DNA from: an uncultured virus (IMG/VR IMGVR_UViG_3300013120_000767)
Lineage: Duplodnaviria; Heunggongvirae; Uroviricota; Caudoviricetes
Virus record (IMG/VR): IMGVR_UViG_3300013120_000767
Span: 62,001 to 126,000 of that record
Direction: 5' to 3' (one strand)
Length of the DNA: 64,000 nucleotides
Shown: piece after piece, positions 61,101 through 64,000 of the stretch
Layout of the letters: each line of letters starts with the position of its first letter
How positions within the stretch are numbered: position 1 is the stretch's first letter
Translations under genes and position numbers: made by a program
The notes under the pieces: model-generated
What the model was told of the DNA's origin: nothing
The model's database searches: none
The model's input: only the letters and a program-made list of their open reading frames with translations

Positions 61101-64000
61101 CAACTGGGGCAAACCCTACCCCCTCCTCGGGTCCCCAAGGTGTACCACAAGTTCGAAGCCTACCTGAATGCGGCCGGGTTGAAGCTGGAGAGGGAAGGGG
61201 ACGAGATGTGGCTCTTACCCATGACCAATAAGGAGATCCTGGCTCGTTCCAACGGTGAATTGACCAAGCCCACCATGTTCTCCGGCAAGACCGGCAAGGC
61301 AAAGGCGGGGGAGCTCTTCGACTCGAAGATTACGGGTGGTTTGGACGGCTCGGGCTGGGGCCATATTCGTCTCCCTTACGAAGTCCCCAACCCAGTGTTC
61401 ATTTCCCCCATCTCCAAGATCTTGGGCTTGACCCGTGCGCACGTTATCGCTGTGGGCAGCGGGCAAAAGGGCCTTCAGTACGAGGACGGGAAGTACACGG
61501 CGGTAGATGGGCCGGGCAACACCACGTTAGGTAAGGCCCTTAGGGAATTGGACGTCCGAAAGGAGCTGAGCAAGGGAGGCGACCCCCTACGTCAGAGGTT
61601 CCTCCGGGCTCTGGATGAGCTGGGCGAGGGAGCGGACGTATACATGCTCCGCAACGTCCCTGTGATACCCCCGGTCTTTCGGCCGGTTACCTCTATGAAG
61701 GGGCGGCTGATTATTTCGGACCTGAACCTCCTGTACGGCGACCTTATTGCCACTGGCAACTCACTTAAGGGGTTGAAAAAGGAAACCCCTGAGCTCATGG
61801 CTTTCGAGGAGGGGAGAAACGCCCGGGGTAAGCTTTACGCCGACGTAGCCGCCCTGTTCGGTTTAGGCAAGACGGAACACTACAGGGAAGCCAAGGGCAT
61901 CTTTCAGCAGCTGCACGGGACCGGCTCGGTGAAGTTGGGCATGGTCCACCGCAACATCATGCGGCGTCGGCAGGACTTGTCCGGGAGAGCCGTGATTGTC
62001 CCCGGGCCCGGTTTGCACCTGGATGAGGTAGGAGTTCCGCGGGAGATGCTGCGGGAGATGTACCAGCCCTTCATTGTCCGAGAGCTTGCTACTTTGGGAT
62101 TAACCCCTTTGGTAGCTAAGAAGCTCACCGAGGACCGTCCTGAGGACCCCCTGGTTGAAGCCGCCCTGAAACGGGCTATTGCTGACCGCCCGGTGTGGCT
62201 GAAGCGGGACCCGGTGCTTCACAAGTTCGGCGTTATGGCCTTCTTTCCCCGCCCGACCAACGAAAACGTCATTGAATTACACCCCCTGGTGACCAGCGTG
62301 TACAACGCGGACTTCGACGGGGACACCTGCTCTCTCTTCGTCCCCGTTTCCGACGAAGCGGTCATCGAAGCCAAGCGCAGCATGCCCTCGAGGCTGCTCA
62401 GGAGTCCCTCCAGCGGCGATTACCTGTACACTCCGACCCATGAAGCGCTGATGGGGCTTTTCGACATGACTGCGGTGAGGGGAAAAAAGGCAAAAAAGGG
62501 CTTCGGGGACCTCAAAAAGGCCATTGCTGCCCAAAAAAGAGGGGAGATCGGGGTCACGGACCGCATTCGGGTGGCAGGGAAGGAGACCACCCTCGGCCGG
62601 AGCATGATTCAAGGCCTCTTACCTCCCGAAATGGCGAGTTTTTTGGCTGTTGGCGCTCCCCAGTTGGACAAAAAGCGCCTCCAAGCCCTCGCAGAGACCT
62701 TGGGGGTGGTCTCGCCCGCCCGTTACGGGGCGGTCATGGACGGCTTGAAGAATTTGGGCTTCGAATACTCCTACCGTTCAGGCCTGTCGGTGTCCTTGGG
62801 GGATTTGACGCCATTGAGGGCTGAGCGCCGGAGGTACTTGAGGCAGTTGGAGGGGGCGAAAAACAAGGAAAAAGCTGTGCGGGACGTGGGAAGAGCCCTG
62901 GAGAGACAGCAATACCCCCCCGGGAGCACGTTTACCCGGATGAATCGGGCGGGGTTGAAACCGGCCAAGGCAAATTTGCAGCAAATGCTGCTTTCTCCCC
63001 TGTTTGGAGACTGGGGGGAGGGCAACCTCGTGCCGGTGAGGAGGGGGTACGCCGAGGGAATGAACAGTATGGACTACTGGTCCACGGCGCCGACGGCCCG
63101 CAAAGCAGTGGTGCAGTCCGTGCGGTCCGTACGCATCCCTGGAGACATCACCAAGCAGATGTTGGCCGCCACCATGAGCTCGGTCATCGCCACCCGTGAT
63201 TGTGGGAGCACCGGCAGCGTACGCCCGGTGTCCGATGCCGTGGACAGAGTGCTGGGGGAAAGCACCGCGGGGGTCAGAGCAGGCACTATCATCACTCCAG
63301 CCGAGGTAGATATTTTCCGGCGCAAGGGAGTAAAGCAGGTAAGGGTACGTTCCCCCCTGAGCTGCCGCAACGGGGAAGGGATCTGCGCCAGGTGTTTCGG
63401 GCAGACTGAGCATGGGCCGGCCCAGTTGGGGGACAACGTCGGTATCAAGGCCGCCCAGGCCCTGGGGGAGCGGGGAACCCAATTGACGCTTCGCAGCTTT
63501 CACCTCGGCGGCTTCGGGGAGCTCCCCCCCCTGGACCAGGTTACCAACCTTCTCCGTTTGCCCCAGAACTTGCCTGGTAAGGCCACTCTTTCCCATTTGG
63601 CGGGGAAGGTGGCCTCGGTTGAGAAGGTCCCCGACGGCACATACGTGCATGTAACGGGGAGTAAAGGGAAGGGGAAGTACTTCGCTCCGGTGGGCCGCGC
63701 GGTTGTGGTCAAACGGGGTCAGTCCGTGAAGTTGGGGGAGGCCCTCACTACCGGTTTGGTGGACCCGAGGGAGGTGCTTGCCGTGACCAAGAGCTTACCA
63801 GCCGCTCAGCGGTCGATGGCGGACAGCTTGATGGCTGTCTACGGCAAGTATGGCATCGACCCCCGGAACGTGGAAGTGTTGGTCAGGGCCGTTACCAACT
63901 TAGCGGTGGTGGACGACCCCGGCTCTTCCAATAAGATCAAGGGGGAGTATATCCCCTACTACCAAGCCCGGGCTTGGAATCGCTCCCACGACAACTCGTT
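58176..64000 (+). CDS. rpoBC: Fused beta-beta' multisubunit-type DNA-directed RNA polymerase (3' partial, at least 1941 aa)
   Basis: RBS GGAGG; in one frame: beta motifs 'SYIVNNSEYYPITQNRLKPGV', 'QTNP..GEGG', 'DPVVTPE', 'GFNFEDAI', GDKLSGRHGNKG (60417), then beta' motifs 'VPVIPPVFRP', 'SDLNLLY', 'SGRAVI', 'KRDPVLH', NADFDGD (62304), 'RSPLSC..ICARCFG', GERGTQLTLRSFH (63465). Confidence 0.95.
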   Translation, partial: MPDRTLPRDYSENLNAAMRALEGQFPVKYGKRELRLSEVEVETPKDPTDVSAQKAARVQGKKWGVGIRGTVALYEEGRLVDKQRLRLVNVPVPTSRWSYIVNNSEYYPITQNRLKPGVFIHRKQTGDTVASFNLSRGRNFEVLYSPERQLYTLKYGDTNVPLYHVMKALGVDDGDMRSAWGAEVLQKNAATKPKLVRLLAAAGVDSNESGAPLLVREMFSAMEMSTPEVPEKTIGLKTTKVSSQVMLLSSRKLLNVVRGKDTPDRRDSLEYRWFMNMPAFVHERISRAGVTGKLKYRMAKSDDVTAIMGGSSPYDKSVWSIFTSAGLADRAPQTNPYAELGAVGRVSIMGEGGISNPDAITEAARSVYPTFVGVIDPVVTPESEKAGAVYPLSIGGTVKNREPALRVREVKTGQPHTFTVRELLNTPYALTDEYAQAKKAGRNVRAIKGGKVVEVPAGSVKYVIDPATTFSEVTLSTPFATATSPNRLEMVYRHLTSAIALRDREVPLVLTATDNGRIVERVIGDMVVMRSPVNGTVVSVNKDRILVNGEDGRKHKVFIPHMFPLNDGRSVEHHEPVVKKGDKVKKGDRLTEANTTRDGLIAMGVNARVGYMADGFNFEDAITISESFAAKLTSTAIVQKHYSEDAEVDAALFSRTVRPLSVEERATLEDGVVKPGTLVREGQILVAGVKKQAMSKEERLLGKKLGMETLRDASVVWDRQTPGIVQEVEKTPDGYYIAVAVEEVAKLGDKLSGRHGNKGVCGKIKPDSEMPTTRDGRPLDVLLNPVGIGGRTNPSQMYETLVGKVAKKKGHPIAVSSFSGGVRIVDVPAHERTYWVGRGEERRPIKKHIEAYSYERDFVEEVAELLKKNGMSDTEEVFVDGKKVGDVLVGYQYLLKLIHQAEHKMNARGAGYPYAYSAEGTPVKGGEAGEGEVGKAQSADRGMAMALLAHGAGENMREVLSYRGDKDNDAVWTAIQLGQTLPPPRVPKVYHKFEAYLNAAGLKLEREGDEMWLLPMTNKEILARSNGELTKPTMFSGKTGKAKAGELFDSKITGGLDGSGWGHIRLPYEVPNPVFISPISKILGLTRAHVIAVGSGQKGLQYEDGKYTAVDGPGNTTLGKALRELDVRKELSKGGDPLRQRFLRALDELGEGADVYMLRNVPVIPPVFRPVTSMKGRLIISDLNLLYGDLIATGNSLKGLKKETPELMAFEEGRNARGKLYADVAALFGLGKTEHYREAKGIFQQLHGTGSVKLGMVHRNIMRRRQDLSGRAVIVPGPGLHLDEVGVPREMLREMYQPFIVRELATLGLTPLVAKKLTEDRPEDPLVEAALKRAIADRPVWLKRDPVLHKFGVMAFFPRPTNENVIELHPLVTSVYNADFDGDTCSLFVPVSDEAVIEAKRSMPSRLLRSPSSGDYLYTPTHEALMGLFDMTAVRGKKAKKGFGDLKKAIAAQKRGEIGVTDRIRVAGKETTLGRSMIQGLLPPEMASFLAVGAPQLDKKRLQALAETLGVVSPARYGAVMDGLKNLGFEYSYRSGLSVSLGDLTPLRAERRRYLRQLEGAKNKEKAVRDVGRALERQQYPPGSTFTRMNRAGLKPAKANLQQMLLSPLFGDWGEGNLVPVRRGYAEGMNSMDYWSTAPTARKAVVQSVRSVRIPGDITKQMLAATMSSVIATRDCGSTGSVRPVSDAVDRVLGESTAGVRAGTIITPAEVDIFRRKGVKQVRVRSPLSCRNGEGICARCFGQTEHGPAQLGDNVGIKAAQALGERGTQLTLRSFHLGGFGELPPLDQVTNLLRLPQNLPGKATLSHLAGKVASVEKVPDGTYVHVTGSKGKGKYFAPVGRAVVVKRGQSVKLGEALTTGLVDPREVLAVTKSLPAAQRSMADSLMAVYGKYGIDPRNVEVLVRAVTNLAVVDDPGSSNKIKGEYIPYYQARAWNRSHDNS

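Noticed and set aside
58029..63712. Minus-strand and short plus-strand ORFs in the track over this region (e.g. 58029..59423, 62778..63650)
   Set aside because: Shadow frames of the RNA polymerase gene in high-GC DNA.
58176..64000. Host chromosomal rpoBC at a prophage boundary
   Set aside because: No ribosomal protein genes upstream; many residues invariant in bacteria are substituted and domains are deleted; context is phage portal genes.

Overview
A 64-kb, high-GC segment of a large tailed dsDNA phage (or prophage-like element). It has no rRNA, tRNA or CRISPR array and no host housekeeping operons. From left to right it holds: (+) baseplate/tail structural genes (1-13115); a long (-) block with a Ycf46-type AAA ATPase/DUF1257/DUF2997/DUF3150 module, a replication/recombination cluster (UvsY-like, Cas4-like, RecA, family A DNA polymerase, SSB-like, primase, DnaB-like helicase, UDG, intein-split SF2 helicase), a phage-encoded KhpA, a hairpin-rich candidate origin, about 30 small early-type genes interrupted by an intact TnpB-only IS200/IS605 element, and a putative endolysin; (+) head-related genes including a probable portal; and an ORF missing from the supplied track because it runs off the window (58176->64000, at least 1941 aa). 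That ORF encodes a streamlined, bacterial-type beta-beta' RNA polymerase fused in one chain. A non-sigma70 motif GCTATAAG(A/T)AC lies upstream of three minus-strand gene units, while sigma70-type promoters precede structural and replication genes. This suggests a two-polymerase transcription programme. Two miniature IS200/IS605-derived elements and a possible -1 frameshift were also found. All family assignments come from motif recognition by eye; no searches were run.
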